Shown piece by piece: positions 11,934-23,787 of a DNA stretch of 64,000 bases (the stretch's first letter is position 1; each line of letters opens with the position of its first letter). This DNA comes from Escherichia coli (GTDB taxonomy: Bacteria > Pseudomonadota > Gammaproteobacteria > Enterobacterales > Enterobacteriaceae): NCBI RefSeq assembly GCF_048403405.1, contig NZ_CP183129.1. One strand, given 5' to 3'. The translations under genes were made by a program, and so were the position numbers. The notes under the pieces are model-generated. The model ran no database searches, was not told the origin of the DNA, and was given only the letters and a program-made list of their open reading frames with translations.

Positions 11934-14900
11934 ATGTTAAGGGTCTACCATTCCAATCGTCTGGACGTGCTGGAAGCGTTGATGGAGTTTATCGTCGAAC
12001 GCGAACGGCTGGACGATCCTTTCGAACCAGAGATGATTCTGGTGCAAAGTACCGGTATGGCGCAGTGGCTGCAAATGACCCTGTCGCAAAAGTTTGGTAT
12101 TGCGGCAAACATTGATTTTCCGCTGCCAGCGAGCTTTATCTGGGATATGTTCGTCCGGGTGTTACCGGAAATCCCCAAAGAGAGCGCCTTTAACAAACAG
12201 AGCATGAGCTGGAAACTGATGACTCTGCTGCCGCAACTGTTGGAGCGCGAAGACTTTACCCTGTTGCGGCATTATCTGACTGACGATAGCGACAAGCGAA
12301 AACTGTTCCAGCTTTCTTCAAAAGCGGCGGACCTGTTTGACCAGTATCTGGTCTATCGTCCGGACTGGCTGGCACAGTGGGAAACAGGACATTTGGTTGA
12401 AGGGCTGGGAGAAGCACAGGCCTGGCAAGCGCCGTTGTGGAAGGCGTTGGTGGAATATACCGACGAACTCGGGCAACCGCGCTGGCACCGCGCCAATCTT
12501 TATCAGCGCTTTATCGAAACGCTGGAGTCCGCGACGACCTGCCCGCCGGGGTTACCTTCGCGCGTATTTATATGCGGTATTTCCGCGTTACCGCCTGTTT
12601 ATCTCCAGGCGCTACAGGCGCTGGGTAAACATATTGAAATCCATCTCCTGTTTACCAACCCCTGCCGTTATTACTGGGGCGACATTAAAGATCCTGCTTA
12701 TCTGGCGAAACTGCTGACTCGCCAGCGCCGACACAGTTTTGAAGATCGCGAATTACCGCTATTTCGCGACAGCGAAAATGCCGGACAGCTCTTTAACAGC
12801 GATGGTGAACAGGATGTCGGCAACCCGCTGCTGGCCTCATGGGGCAAGCTTGGGCGCGACTACATTTATCTCCTTTCTGATCTGGAGGGCAGCCAGGAGC
12901 TGGACGCCTTTGTCGATGTCACGCCAGATAACCTGCTGCATAACATTCAGTCTGACATTCTGGAACTTGAAAACTGCGCTGTTGCGGGTGTGAATATCGA
13001 AGAGTTTTCCCGTAGCGATAACAAACGCCTGCTTGATCCACTGGATAACAGTATCACCTTCCACGTTTGCCATAGCCCGCAGCGCGAAGTTGAAGTTTTA
13101 CACGATCGCCTGCTGGCTATGCTGGAGGAAGACCCGACATTGACTCCGCGCGACATCATCGTGATGGTGGCTGATATCGACAGCTACAGTCCGTTTATTC
13201 AGGCAGTGTTTGGTAGCGCACCTGCGGATCGTTACCTACCTTACGCCATTTCCGACCGTCGGGCGCGGCAGTCACATCCGGTACTGGAAGCGTTTATCAG
13301 CCTGTTATCACTGCCTGACAGTCGCTTTGTGTCAGAGGATGTGCTGGCGTTGCTGGATGTGCCGGTGCTGGCGGCGCGGTTTGACATCACCGAAGAAGGG
13401 CTGCGTTATTTACGCCAGTGGGTCAACGAATCCGGCATTCGTTGGGGGATAGATGACGACAACGTTCGCGAGCTGGAACTCCCCGCCACCGGACAACACA
13501 CCTGGCGATTTGGCCTGACGCGCATGTTGCTGGGCTACGCGATGGAGAGCGCGCAGGGCGAGTGGCAATCGGTTCTACCTTATGATGAATCGAGCGGCTT
13601 AATTGCAGAACTGGTGGGGCATCTGGCTTCACTGCTAATGCAGCTAAACATCTGGCGTCGCGGGCTGGCGCAGGAGCGTCCGCTGGAAGAGTGGTTGCCG
13701 GTTTGTCGCGATATGCTCAACGCCTTCTTCCTGCCGGATGCGGAAACCGAAGCGGCGATGACGCTGATCGAACAACAATGGCAGGCGATTATCGCCGAAG
13801 GTTTAGGTGCGCAGTATGGCGACGCGGTGCCGCTGTCACTATTGCGTGATGAACTGGCACAGCGCCTGGATCAGGAACGTATCAGCCAGCGTTTTCTCGC
13901 CGGACCGGTTAACATTTGTACTCTGATGCCAATGCGTTCCATCCCATTCAAAGTGGTTTGCCTGCTGGGAATGAACGACGGCGTTTATCCACGCCAGCTT
14001 GCGCCATTGGGCTTTGACCTGATGAGCCAGAAACCGAAGCGTGGCGACCGTAGCCGTCGCGATGACGACCGCTATCTGTTCCTGGAAGCGTTAATTTCCG
14101 CGCAGCAAAAACTCTATATCAGCTATATCGGGCGTTCTATTCAGGATAACAGTGAACGTTTCCCGTCGGTACTGGTGCAGGAACTGATCGACTACATCGG
14201 GCAAAGCCATTATCTACCGGGCGATGAAGCGCTCAACTGTGATGAAAGCGAGGCAAGGGTAAAAGCGCATCTTACTTGCCTCCATACCCGGATGCCGTTT
14301 GATCCGCAAAACTACCAGCCAGGCGAACGACAAAGCTATGCTCGTGAATGGCTACCTGCGGCCAGCCAGGCTGGTAAAGCACATTCTGAATTTGTTCAGC
14401 CGCTGCCGTTTACCTTACCGGAAACCGTGCCGCTGGAAACGCTACAACGATTCTGGGCGCATCCGGTGCGGGCGTTTTTCCAGATGCGCTTGCAGGTGAA
14501 CTTCCGTACCGAAGACAGCGAAATCCCCGACACCGAGCCATTTATTCTGGAAGGGCTTAGTCGTTATCAAATCAATCAGCAGTTATTGAATGCACTGGTT
14601 GAGCAGGATGATGCCGAACGCTTGTTCCGCCGCTTCCGGGCGGCAGGGGATTTACCGTATGGCGCTTTTGGTGAAATTTTCTGGGAAACACAGTGCCAGG
14701 AGATGCAGCAGCTTGCCGACAGAGTCATTGCCTGTCGCCAGCCGGGGCAAAGTATGGAAATTGATCTCGCCTGCAACGGTGTGCAGATAACTGGCTGGTT
14801 GCCGCAGGTGCAGCCGGATGGCCTGTTGCGCTGGCGTCCCTCTTTATTAAGTGTGGCGCAGGGAATGCAACTTTGGCTGGAACAACTTGTCTACTGTGCC

Positions 14901-15302
14901 AGCGGTGGTAATGGTGAAAGTCGCCTTTTTCTACGCAAAGACGGCGAGTGGCGTTTTCCGCCGCTTGCAGCCGAACAGGCTTTGCATTACCTCTCACAAC
15001 TGATTGAGGGGTATCGTGAAGGAATGTCCGCGCCATTGCTGGTGTTACCTGAAAGTGGCGGCGCGTGGCTAAAAACCTGTTATGACGCGCAAAACGATGC
15101 CATGCTGGATGACGATTCCACGTTACAAAAAGCCCGTACGAAATTCCTTCAGGCTTACGAAGGCAACATGATGGTGCGTGGCGAAGGTGATGATATCTGG
15201 TATCAACGGCTCTGGCGGCAATTAACACCAGAGACAATGGAGGCCATCGTTGAACAGTCGCAACGTTTCCTGTTACCGCTGTTTCGCTTTAATCAGTCAT
15301 GA
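11934..15302 (+). CDS. recC: exodeoxyribonuclease V gamma subunit
   Basis: 1122-aa ORF; expected length and position. Confidence 0.95.
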   Translation: MLRVYHSNRLDVLEALMEFIVERERLDDPFEPEMILVQSTGMAQWLQMTLSQKFGIAANIDFPLPASFIWDMFVRVLPEIPKESAFNKQSMSWKLMTLLPQLLEREDFTLLRHYLTDDSDKRKLFQLSSKAADLFDQYLVYRPDWLAQWETGHLVEGLGEAQAWQAPLWKALVEYTDELGQPRWHRANLYQRFIETLESATTCPPGLPSRVFICGISALPPVYLQALQALGKHIEIHLLFTNPCRYYWGDIKDPAYLAKLLTRQRRHSFEDRELPLFRDSENAGQLFNSDGEQDVGNPLLASWGKLGRDYIYLLSDLEGSQELDAFVDVTPDNLLHNIQSDILELENCAVAGVNIEEFSRSDNKRLLDPLDNSITFHVCHSPQREVEVLHDRLLAMLEEDPTLTPRDIIVMVADIDSYSPFIQAVFGSAPADRYLPYAISDRRARQSHPVLEAFISLLSLPDSRFVSEDVLALLDVPVLAARFDITEEGLRYLRQWVNESGIRWGIDDDNVRELELPATGQHTWRFGLTRMLLGYAMESAQGEWQSVLPYDESSGLIAELVGHLASLLMQLNIWRRGLAQERPLEEWLPVCRDMLNAFFLPDAETEAAMTLIEQQWQAIIAEGLGAQYGDAVPLSLLRDELAQRLDQERISQRFLAGPVNICTLMPMRSIPFKVVCLLGMNDGVYPRQLAPLGFDLMSQKPKRGDRSRRDDDRYLFLEALISAQQKLYISYIGRSIQDNSERFPSVLVQELIDYIGQSHYLPGDEALNCDESEARVKAHLTCLHTRMPFDPQNYQPGERQSYAREWLPAASQAGKAHSEFVQPLPFTLPETVPLETLQRFWAHPVRAFFQMRLQVNFRTEDSEIPDTEPFILEGLSRYQINQQLLNALVEQDDAERLFRRFRAAGDLPYGAFGEIFWETQCQEMQQLADRVIACRQPGQSMEIDLACNGVQITGWLPQVQPDGLLRWRPSLLSVAQGMQLWLEQLVYCASGGNGESRLFLRKDGEWRFPPLAAEQALHYLSQLIEGYREGMSAPLLVLPESGGAWLKTCYDAQNDAMLDDDSTLQKARTKFLQAYEGNMMVRGEGDDIWYQRLWRQLTPETMEAIVEQSQRFLLPLFRFNQS

Positions 15303-15477
15303 GTGCTGTATAAAAATTGCGCAATATATCTGCTTGCTTTATGATGCGCACCAGTCACGGACTGATGGATATATAGACATAGGCTGACTCGTGCAGCACA
15401 AGATTAAATTCTGGCAGATGATTTGCGTTAACCTGTTGAATCTGGCCAGAAAATAAAGTTGATTATGAGGTCCGTGA

Positions 15478-18366
15478 ATGCCCAGCAGCACCTGGTTCAA
15501 AGCATTATTGTTGTTTGTTGCCCTTTGGGCACCCTTAAGTCAGGCAGAAACGGGATGGCAGCCGATTCAGGAAACCATCCGTAAAAGTGATAAAGATAAC
15601 CGCCAGTATCAGGCTATACGTCTGGATAACGGTATGGTGGTCTTGCTGGTTTCTGATCCGCAGGCGGTTAAATCGCTCTCGGCGCTGGTAGTGCCCGTTG
15701 GGTCGCTGGAAGATCCCGAGGCGTACCAGGGGCTGGCACATTACCTTGAACATATGAGTCTGATGGGGTCGAAAAAGTACCCGCAGGCTGACAGTCTGGC
15801 CGAATATCTCAAAATGCACGGCGGCAGTCACAATGCCAGCACGGCACCGTATCGCACGGCTTTCTATCTGGAAGTTGAGAACGACGCCTTGCCCGGTGCG
15901 GTGGACCGCCTGGCGGACGCTATTGCAGAACCCTTGCTCGACAAGAAATACGCCGAACGTGAACGTAATGCAGTGAATGCCGAATTAACCATGGCGCGTA
16001 CGCGTGACGGGATGCGCATGGCACAGGTCAGCGCAGAAACCATTAACCCGGCACACCCCGGTTCAAAGTTTTCTGGTGGTAACCTCGAAACTTTAAGCGA
16101 CAAACCCGGAAATCCGGTACAGCAGGCGCTGAAAGATTTCCACGAGAAGTACTATTCCGCCAATCTGATGAAGGCGGTTATTTACAGCAATAAACCGCTG
16201 CCGGAGTTGGCAAAAATGGCGGCGGACACCTTTGGTCGCGTGCCGAACAAAGAGAGCAAAAAACCGGAAATCACCGTGCCGGTAGTCACCGACGCGCAAA
16301 AGGGCATTATCATTCATTACGTCCCGGCGCTGCCGCGTAAAGTTCTGCGCGTTGAGTTTCGCATCGATAACAATTCAGCGAAGTTCCGTAGTAAAACGGA
16401 TGAATTGATTACCTATCTGATCGGTAATCGCAGCCCAGGTACACTTTCTGACTGGCTGCAAAAGCAGGGATTAGTTGAGGGCATTAGCGCCAATTCCGAT
16501 CCTATCGTCAACGGCAACAGCGGCGTATTAGCGATCTCTGCGTCTTTAACCGATAAAGGTCTGGCGAATCGCGATCAGGTTGTGGCGGCCATTTTTAGCT
16601 ACCTCAATCTGTTACGCGAAAAAGGGATTGATAAACAATACTTCGATGAACTGGCGAATGTGCTGGATATCGACTTTCGTTATCCGTCAATCACCCGTGA
16701 TATGGATTACGTCGAATGGCTGGCAGATACCATGATTCGCGTTCCTGTTGAGCATACGCTGGATGCAGTCAATATTGCCGATCGGTACGACGCTAAAGCA
16801 GTAAAAGAACGCCTGGCGATGATGACGCCGCAGAATGCGCGTATCTGGTATATCAGCCCGAAAGAGCCGCACAACAAAACGGCTTACTTTGTCGATGCGC
16901 CGTATCAGGTCGATAAAATCAGCGCACAAACTTTCGCCGACTGGCAGAAAAAATCCGCCGACATTGCGCTCTCTTTGCCAGAGCTTAACCCTTATATTCC
17001 TGACGATTTCTCGCTGATTAAGTCAGAGAAGAAATATGACCATCCAGAGCTGATTGTTGATGAGTCGAATCTGCGTGTGGTGTATGCGCCAAGCCGTTAT
17101 TTTTCCAGCGAACCCAAAGCTGATGTCAGCCTGATTTTGCGTAATCCGAAAGCCATGGACAGCGCCCGCAATCAGGTGATGTTTGCGCTCAATGATTATC
17201 TCGCAGGGCTGGCGCTTGATCAGTTAAGCAACCAGGCGTCGGTTGGTGGCATAAGTTTTTCCACCAACGCTAACAACGGCCTTATGGTTAATGCCAATGG
17301 TTACACCCAGCGCCTGCCGCAGCTGTTCCAGGCATTGCTCGAGGGGTACTTTAGCTATACCGCTACGGAAGATCAGCTTGAGCAGGCGAAGTCCTGGTAT
17401 AACCAGATGATGGATTCCGCAGAAAAGGGCAAAGCGTTCGAGCAGGCGATTATGCCCGCGCAGATGCTCTCGCAAGTGCCGTACTTCTCGCGAGATGAAC
17501 GGCGCAAAATTTTGCCTTCAATCACTTTGAAAGAGGTGCTGGCCTATCGCGACGCCTTAAAATCAGGGGCTCGACCAGAGTTTATGGTTATTGGCAACAT
17601 GACCGAAGCCCAGGCAACAACGCTGGCACGCGATGTGCAAAAACAGTTGGGCGCTGATGGTTCGGAGTGGTGTCGTAACAAAGATGTCGTGGTCGATAAA
17701 AAACAATCTGTCATCTTTGAAAAAGCCGGTAACAGCACCGACTCCGCACTGGCAGCGGTATTTGTACCGACTGGCTACGATGAATACACCAGCTCAGCCT
17801 ATAGCTCTCTGTTGGGGCAGATCGTACAGCCGTGGTTCTACAATCAGTTGCGTACCGAAGAACAGTTGGGCTATGCCGTGTTTGCGTTTCCAATGAGCGT
17901 GGGGCGTCAGTGGGGCATGGGCTTCCTGTTGCAAAGCAATGATAAACAGCCTTCATTCTTGTGGGAGCGTTACAAGGCGTTTTTCCCAACCGCAGAGGCA
18001 AAATTGCGGACGATGAAGCCAGAAGAGTTTGCGCAAATCCAGCAGGCGGTAATAACCCAGATGCTGCAGGCACCGCAAACGCTCGGCGAAGAAGCATCGA
18101 AGTTAAGTAAAGATTTCGATCGCGGCAATATGCGCTTCGATTCGCGTGATAAAATCGTGGCCCAGATAAAACTGCTGACGCCGCAAAAACTTGCTGATTT
18201 CTTCCATCAGGCGGTGGTCGAGCCGCAAGGCATGGCTATTCTGTCGCAGATTTCCGGCAGCCAGAACGGGAAAGCCGAATATGTGCATCCTGAAGGCTGG
18301 AAAGTGTGGGAGAACGTCAGCGCGTTGCAGCAAACAATGCCCTTGATGAGTGAAAAGAATGAGTGA
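15478..18366 (+). CDS. ptrA: protease III (pitrilysin), M16 zinc metalloprotease, periplasmic
   Basis: 962-aa ORF with signal peptide and inverted zinc motif HYLEHM; lies between recC and recB. Confidence 0.95.
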   Translation: MPSSTWFKALLLFVALWAPLSQAETGWQPIQETIRKSDKDNRQYQAIRLDNGMVVLLVSDPQAVKSLSALVVPVGSLEDPEAYQGLAHYLEHMSLMGSKKYPQADSLAEYLKMHGGSHNASTAPYRTAFYLEVENDALPGAVDRLADAIAEPLLDKKYAERERNAVNAELTMARTRDGMRMAQVSAETINPAHPGSKFSGGNLETLSDKPGNPVQQALKDFHEKYYSANLMKAVIYSNKPLPELAKMAADTFGRVPNKESKKPEITVPVVTDAQKGIIIHYVPALPRKVLRVEFRIDNNSAKFRSKTDELITYLIGNRSPGTLSDWLQKQGLVEGISANSDPIVNGNSGVLAISASLTDKGLANRDQVVAAIFSYLNLLREKGIDKQYFDELANVLDIDFRYPSITRDMDYVEWLADTMIRVPVEHTLDAVNIADRYDAKAVKERLAMMTPQNARIWYISPKEPHNKTAYFVDAPYQVDKISAQTFADWQKKSADIALSLPELNPYIPDDFSLIKSEKKYDHPELIVDESNLRVVYAPSRYFSSEPKADVSLILRNPKAMDSARNQVMFALNDYLAGLALDQLSNQASVGGISFSTNANNGLMVNANGYTQRLPQLFQALLEGYFSYTATEDQLEQAKSWYNQMMDSAEKGKAFEQAIMPAQMLSQVPYFSRDERRKILPSITLKEVLAYRDALKSGARPEFMVIGNMTEAQATTLARDVQKQLGADGSEWCRNKDVVVDKKQSVIFEKAGNSTDSALAAVFVPTGYDEYTSSAYSSLLGQIVQPWFYNQLRTEEQLGYAVFAFPMSVGRQWGMGFLLQSNDKQPSFLWERYKAFFPTAEAKLRTMKPEEFAQIQQAVITQMLQAPQTLGEEASKLSKDFDRGNMRFDSRDKIVAQIKLLTPQKLADFFHQAVVEPQGMAILSQISGSQNGKAEYVHPEGWKVWENVSALQQTMPLMSEKNE

Positions 18367-21300
18367 TGTCGCTGAGACACTAGATCCTTTGCGCTTGCCC
18401 TTACAGGGCGAGCGCCTGATTGAAGCCTCTGCCGGCACAGGCAAAACCTTTACGATTGCGGCGCTCTATTTGCGCCTGTTACTTGGACTAGGCGGTTCCG
18501 CCGCCTTTCCCCGCCCGCTGACCGTTGAAGAACTGCTGGTGGTCACCTTTACCGAGGCTGCCACGGCAGAATTGCGCGGTCGTATCCGTAGCAATATCCA
18601 CGAGTTGCGCATCGCCTGTCTGCGTGAAACCACCGACAATCCACTGTACGAACGCCTGCTGGAAGAGATCGACGATAAAGCGCAAGCCGCGCAGTGGTTG
18701 TTGTTAGCCGAACGGCAGATGGATGAAGCGGCAGTCTTTACTATTCACGGTTTTTGCCAGCGCATGCTCAACCTGAATGCCTTTGAATCCGGCATGCTGT
18801 TTGAGCAGCAGCTGATTGAAGATGAGTCTCTGCTACGCTACCAGGCCTGCGCCGATTTCTGGCGTCGCCACTGCTACCCGCTGCCGCGTGAAATTGCCCA
18901 GGTGGTCTTTGAAACCTGGAAAGGGCCGCAGGCGTTGCTGCGCGATATTAATCGTTATCTGCAAGGCGAGGCACCGGTTATCAAAGCACCGCCGCCCGAT
19001 GATGAAACGCTGGCTTCCCGCCACGCGCAAATTGTGGCGCGTATCGACGCCGTAAAACAGCAGTGGCGCGACGCAGTGGGTGAACTGGATGCGCTGATCG
19101 AATCTTCTGGTATTGATCGACGCAAGTTTAACCGTAGCAATCAGGCTAAATGGATCGAGAAGATCAGCGCCTGGGCAGAAGAAGAGACCAACAGTTATCA
19201 GTTACCGGAGTCGCTGGAAAAATTCTCTCAGCGTTTCTTAGAAGATCGCACGAAAGCCGGGGGGAAACCCCGCGACATCCACTGTTTGAGGCGATCGATC
19301 AACTGCTTGCAGAACCATTGTCGATCCGTGATCTGGTGATAACCCGCGCATTGGCTGAGATCCGCGAAACAGTAGCGCGTGAAAAACGCCGCCGTGGCGA
19401 ATTGGGTTTTGATGACATGTTAAGTCGGCTCGATTCCGCGCTGCGTAGCGAAAGCGGCGAGGTGTTGGCAGCGGCGATCCGTACGCGATTCCCGGTGGCA
19501 ATGATCGATGAATTTCAGGATACCGACCCCCAGCAGTACCGAATTTTTCGCAGTATCTGGCACCATCAGCCGGAAACCGCATTGTTGCTGATTGGCGACC
19601 CGAAGCAGGCCATATATGCATTCCGGGGGGCGGATATCTTCACTTATATGAAGGCGCGTAGCGAAGTTCACGCCCACTACACCTTAGATACCAATTGGCG
19701 CTCCGCACCAGGAATGGTGAACAGTGTGAACAAGCTTTTCAGCCAGACTGATGACGCGTTCATGTTTCGCGAAATACCGTTTATTCCAGTGAAATCAGCC
19801 GGGAAAAATCAGGCGTTACGTTTTGTCTTTAAAGGTGAAACGCAGCCTGCGATGAAAATGTGGCTGATGGAAGGCGAAAGCTGCGGCGTTGGCGACTATC
19901 AAAGTACCATGGCGCAGGTATGTGCTGCGCAAATCCGCGACTGGCTACAAGCCGGACAGCGGGGCGAAGCGTTGCTGATGAACGGCGACGACGCGCGTCC
20001 GGTGCGTGCTTCGGACATCAGTGTGCTGGTGCGCAGCCGTCAGGAGGCCGCCCAGGTGCGCGACGCCTTAACGTTGCTGGAAATCCCTTCCGTTTACCTT
20101 TCGAACCGCGACAGTGTTTTTGAAACTCTGGAAGCGCAGGAAATGCTTTGGTTGTTGCAGGCGGTGATGACGCCCGAACGTGAGAACACCCTGCGTAGTG
20201 CGCTGGCAACGTCAATGATGGGGCTGAACGCGCTGGATATCGAAACGCTGAACAATGACGAACATGCGTGGGATGCGGTAGTCGAAGAGTTCGATGGTTA
20301 TCGGCAAATCTGGCGCAAACGTGGCGTTATGCCGATGCTGCGGGCGCTGATGTCGGCGCGTAAGATTGCAGAAAACTTGCTGGCAACGGCAGGCGGTGAG
20401 CGGCGTCTTACCGATATCTTGCATATCAGCGAACTGCTACAAGAAGCCGGAACGCAGCTGGAAAGTGAACATGCGCTGGTACGCTGGTTATCGCAACATA
20501 TCCTCGAGCCAGACAGTAATGCCTCCAGCCAACAAATGCGCCTCGAAAGTGATAAACATCTGGTGCAGATTGTCACGATCCATAAATCAAAAGGGCTGGA
20601 ATATCCGCTGGTTTGGTTGCCATTTATTACCAATTTCCGCGTCCAGGATCAGGCGTTCTATCACGATCGCCACTCGTTTGAGGCTGTTCTGGATCTTAAC
20701 GCTGCGCCAGAAAGTGTCGATCTCGCGGAGGCCGAACGTCTGGCGGAAGATCTGCGTTTGCTTTACGTGGCGCTGACGCGTTCGGTTTGGCATTGCAGTC
20801 TCGGCGTTGCACCGCTGGTGCGCCGTCGTGGCGATAAAAAAGGTGACACCGACGTCCACCAAAGTGCGCTCGGGCGTTTGCTGCAAAAAGGGGAACCGCA
20901 AGATGCGGCAGGGCTTCGCACCTGTATTGAAGCGTTATGCGATGATGATATTGCCTGGCAAACGGCACAAACGGGTGATAACCAGCCCTGGCAGGTTAAT
21001 GATGCTATAACTGCAGAACTGAATGCGAGGACACTACAACGATTGCCCGGCGATAACTGGCGTGTCACCAGCTACTCCGGTTTGCAGCAGCGTGGTCACG
21101 GTATCGCTCAGGATCTGATGCCACGGCTGGATGTTGATGCCGCAGGCGTGGTCAGCGTCGTTGAAGAACCGACGTTAACACCGCATCAGTTCCCGCGCGG
21201 TGCGTCACCGGGGACATTCTTGCACAGTTTGTTTGAAGACCTCGATTTTACCCAGCCGGTTGACCCGAACTGGGTACAGGAAAAACTGGAACTCGGCGGC

Positions 21301-21900
21301 TTTGAATCGCAGTGGGAACCGGTGTTGACCGAGTGGATCACGGCAGTCCTCCAGGCACCTCTCAATGAAACGGGTGTTAGCCTGAGTCAGCTTTCCGACC
21401 GCGATAAACAGGTGGAGATGGAGTTTTACCTGCCGATTAGTGAACCGCTCATCGCCAGCCAGCTTGATGCACTAATTCGCCAGTTTGATCCGCTATCCGC
21501 TGGCTGCCCGCCGCTGGAGTTCATGCAGGTACGCGGCATGTTAAAAGGCTTTATCGACCTGGTATTCCGCCACGAAGGGCGTTATTACCTGCTCGACTAT
21601 AAATCCAACTGGCTGGGTGAAGACAGTTCGGCTTACACCCAACAGGCTATGGCAGCGGCGATGCAGGCACACCGCTATGATCTGCAATATCAGCTTTATA
21701 CCCTGGCGCTGCACCGTTATCTGCGCCATCGCATTGCTGATTACGACTATGATCGTCACTTTGGCGGCGTTATCTATCTGTTCCTGCGTGGCGTTGATAA
21801 AGAACATCCGCAACAAGGGATTTATACAACCCGACCCAACGCCGGGTTGATTGACCTGATGGATGAGATGTTTGCCGGTATGACCCTGGAGGAGGCGTAA
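18350..21900 (+). pseudogene. recB: exodeoxyribonuclease V beta subunit, split over two reading frames by a -1 shift at a G6 homopolymer (about 19259-19264)
   Basis: ORF track: 18350..19339 (N-terminal 305 aa of RecB, then 21 aberrant codons) and 19150..21900 (remainder) in different frames. Read as ...TKAGG then ETPRHPLFE...; a seventh G would restore one frame. Confidence 0.7.
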
Positions 21901-23726
21901 TGAAATTGCAAAAGCAATTACTGGAAGCTGTGGAGCACAAACAGCTACGCCCGCTGGACGTGCAGTTTGCCCTGACCGTGGCGGGAGATGAACATCCTGC
22001 CGTCACCCTCGCGGCAGCCCTGTTAAGCCACGACGCCGGGGAAGGGCATGTCTGTTTACCGCTCTCACGACTGGAAAATAACGAGGCGTCGCATCCGCTG
22101 TTGGCGACCTGTGTCAGTGAAATCGGTGAGTTACAAAATTGGGAAGAATGCTTGCTGGCTTCACAAGCGGTAAGCCGGGGAGATGAACCAACGCCGATGA
22201 TCCTCTGTGGCGATCGTCTTTATTTGAATCGCATGTGGTGTAACGAGCGCACAGTGGCACGCTTTTTCAACGAAGTGAATCATGCCATTGAGGTTGATGA
22301 AGCTCTACTGGCGCAAACCCTGGACAAACTTTTTCCAGTAAGCGATGAAATTAACTGGCAAAAAGTTGCGGCGGCAGTGGCGCTGACGCGGCGGATTTCG
22401 GTGATTTCCGGCGGTCCTGGCACCGGTAAAACGACCACCGTAGCGAAGTTGCTGGCAGCCTTAATTCAAATGGCCGACGGAGAACGCTGCCGTATCCGTC
22501 TGGCTGCACCAACGGGTAAAGCTGCCGCGCGCTTAACCGAATCTCTCGGCAAGGCTTTGCGACAGTTACCGCTGACCGATGAACAAAAGAAACGCATTCC
22601 GGAAGATGCCAGTACTTTGCACCGATTGCTGGGTGCGCAGCCGGGTAGCCAGCGTTTACGTCATCATGCCGGTAACCCGCTGCATCTTGATGTGCTGGTG
22701 GTAGATGAAGCGTCAATGATCGATCTGCCTATGATGTCGAGACTGATCGACGCCTTGCCCGATCATGCGCGAGTGATCTTTCTCGGCGATCGTGATCAAC
22801 TGGCCTCGGTTGAGGCTGGGGCTGTGCTGGGCGATATCTGCGCTTATGCCAACGCGGGCTTTACCGCCGAGCGTGCCGGGCAGTTGAGCCGCCTGACGGG
22901 AACTCACGTTCCGGCAGGAACTGGCACAGAAGCGGCATCTTTGCGCGACAGTCTCTGCCTGCTGCAAAAAAGCTATCGTTTCGGCAGTGATTCTGGCATT
23001 GGTCAGTTAGCTGCGGCGATCAACCGTGGTGATAAAACGGCAGTGAAAACCGTTTTTCAGCAGGATTTTTCTGATATCGAAAAACGGCTTTTACAGAGCG
23101 GCGAAGATTATATTGCGATGCTTGAGGAAGCTCTTGCGGGTTACGGACGTTATCTGGATCTGCTGCAAGCGCGTGCCGAGCCGGATTTAATCATTCAGGC
23201 GTTCAATGAGTACCAGCTTTTGTGCGCCCTGCGGGAAGGGCCGTTTGGCGTGGCTGGACTGAATGAGCGAATTGAGCAGTTTATGCAACAGAAGCGCAAA
23301 ATTCATCGTAATCCGCACTCTCGTTGGTACGAAGGCCGACCGGTGATGATTGCCCGTAATGACAGCGCGCTTGGGTTGTTTAATGGCGATATCGGTATCG
23401 CTCTGGATCGCGGACAGGGGACGCGCGTTTGGTTTGCGATGCCGGACGGCAATATTAAGTCTGTGCAACCGAGTCGCCTGCCAGAGCACGAAACTACGTG
23501 GGCGATGACGGTACATAAATCGCAGGGATCGGAGTTCGACCATGCGGCGTTGATTTTACCGAGCCAACGCACGCCGGTAGTAACACGAGAGCTGGTTTAC
23601 ACCGCGGTGACCCGCGCGCGTCGCCGTCTGTCGCTGTATGCCGATGAGCGCATATTAAGTGCGGCAATCGCCACTCGTACTGAGCGGCGCAGTGGTCTGG
23701 CGGCGTTGTTTAGTTCACGGGAATAA
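21900..23726 (+). CDS. recD: exodeoxyribonuclease V alpha subunit
   Basis: 608-aa ORF with Walker A (GGPGTGKTT); start overlaps the recB stop by 1 nt. Confidence 0.95.
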   Translation: MKLQKQLLEAVEHKQLRPLDVQFALTVAGDEHPAVTLAAALLSHDAGEGHVCLPLSRLENNEASHPLLATCVSEIGELQNWEECLLASQAVSRGDEPTPMILCGDRLYLNRMWCNERTVARFFNEVNHAIEVDEALLAQTLDKLFPVSDEINWQKVAAAVALTRRISVISGGPGTGKTTTVAKLLAALIQMADGERCRIRLAAPTGKAAARLTESLGKALRQLPLTDEQKKRIPEDASTLHRLLGAQPGSQRLRHHAGNPLHLDVLVVDEASMIDLPMMSRLIDALPDHARVIFLGDRDQLASVEAGAVLGDICAYANAGFTAERAGQLSRLTGTHVPAGTGTEAASLRDSLCLLQKSYRFGSDSGIGQLAAAINRGDKTAVKTVFQQDFSDIEKRLLQSGEDYIAMLEEALAGYGRYLDLLQARAEPDLIIQAFNEYQLLCALREGPFGVAGLNERIEQFMQQKRKIHRNPHSRWYEGRPVMIARNDSALGLFNGDIGIALDRGQGTRVWFAMPDGNIKSVQPSRLPEHETTWAMTVHKSQGSEFDHAALILPSQRTPVVTRELVYTAVTRARRRLSLYADERILSAAIATRTERRSGLAALFSSRE

Positions 23727-23734
23727 ACGTAATT

Positions 23735-23776
23735 GCCGGATGCGACGCACGAGTGTTACGCATGTCGCATCCGACG
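23735..23776. repeat. REP-like palindromic unit between convergent recD and argA
   Basis: gccggatgcgacg...cgcatgtcgcatccgacg inverted repeat read directly. Confidence 0.5.
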
Positions 23777-23787
23777 ATTTTCATCGC

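Noticed and set aside
22693-22700. Chi sites (GCTGGTGG), e.g. inside recD and at several other places
   Set aside because: Chi octamers are expected at this frequency in E. coli core genome; nothing about their placement here stood out without a strand-orientation statistic I cannot compute reliably by eye.
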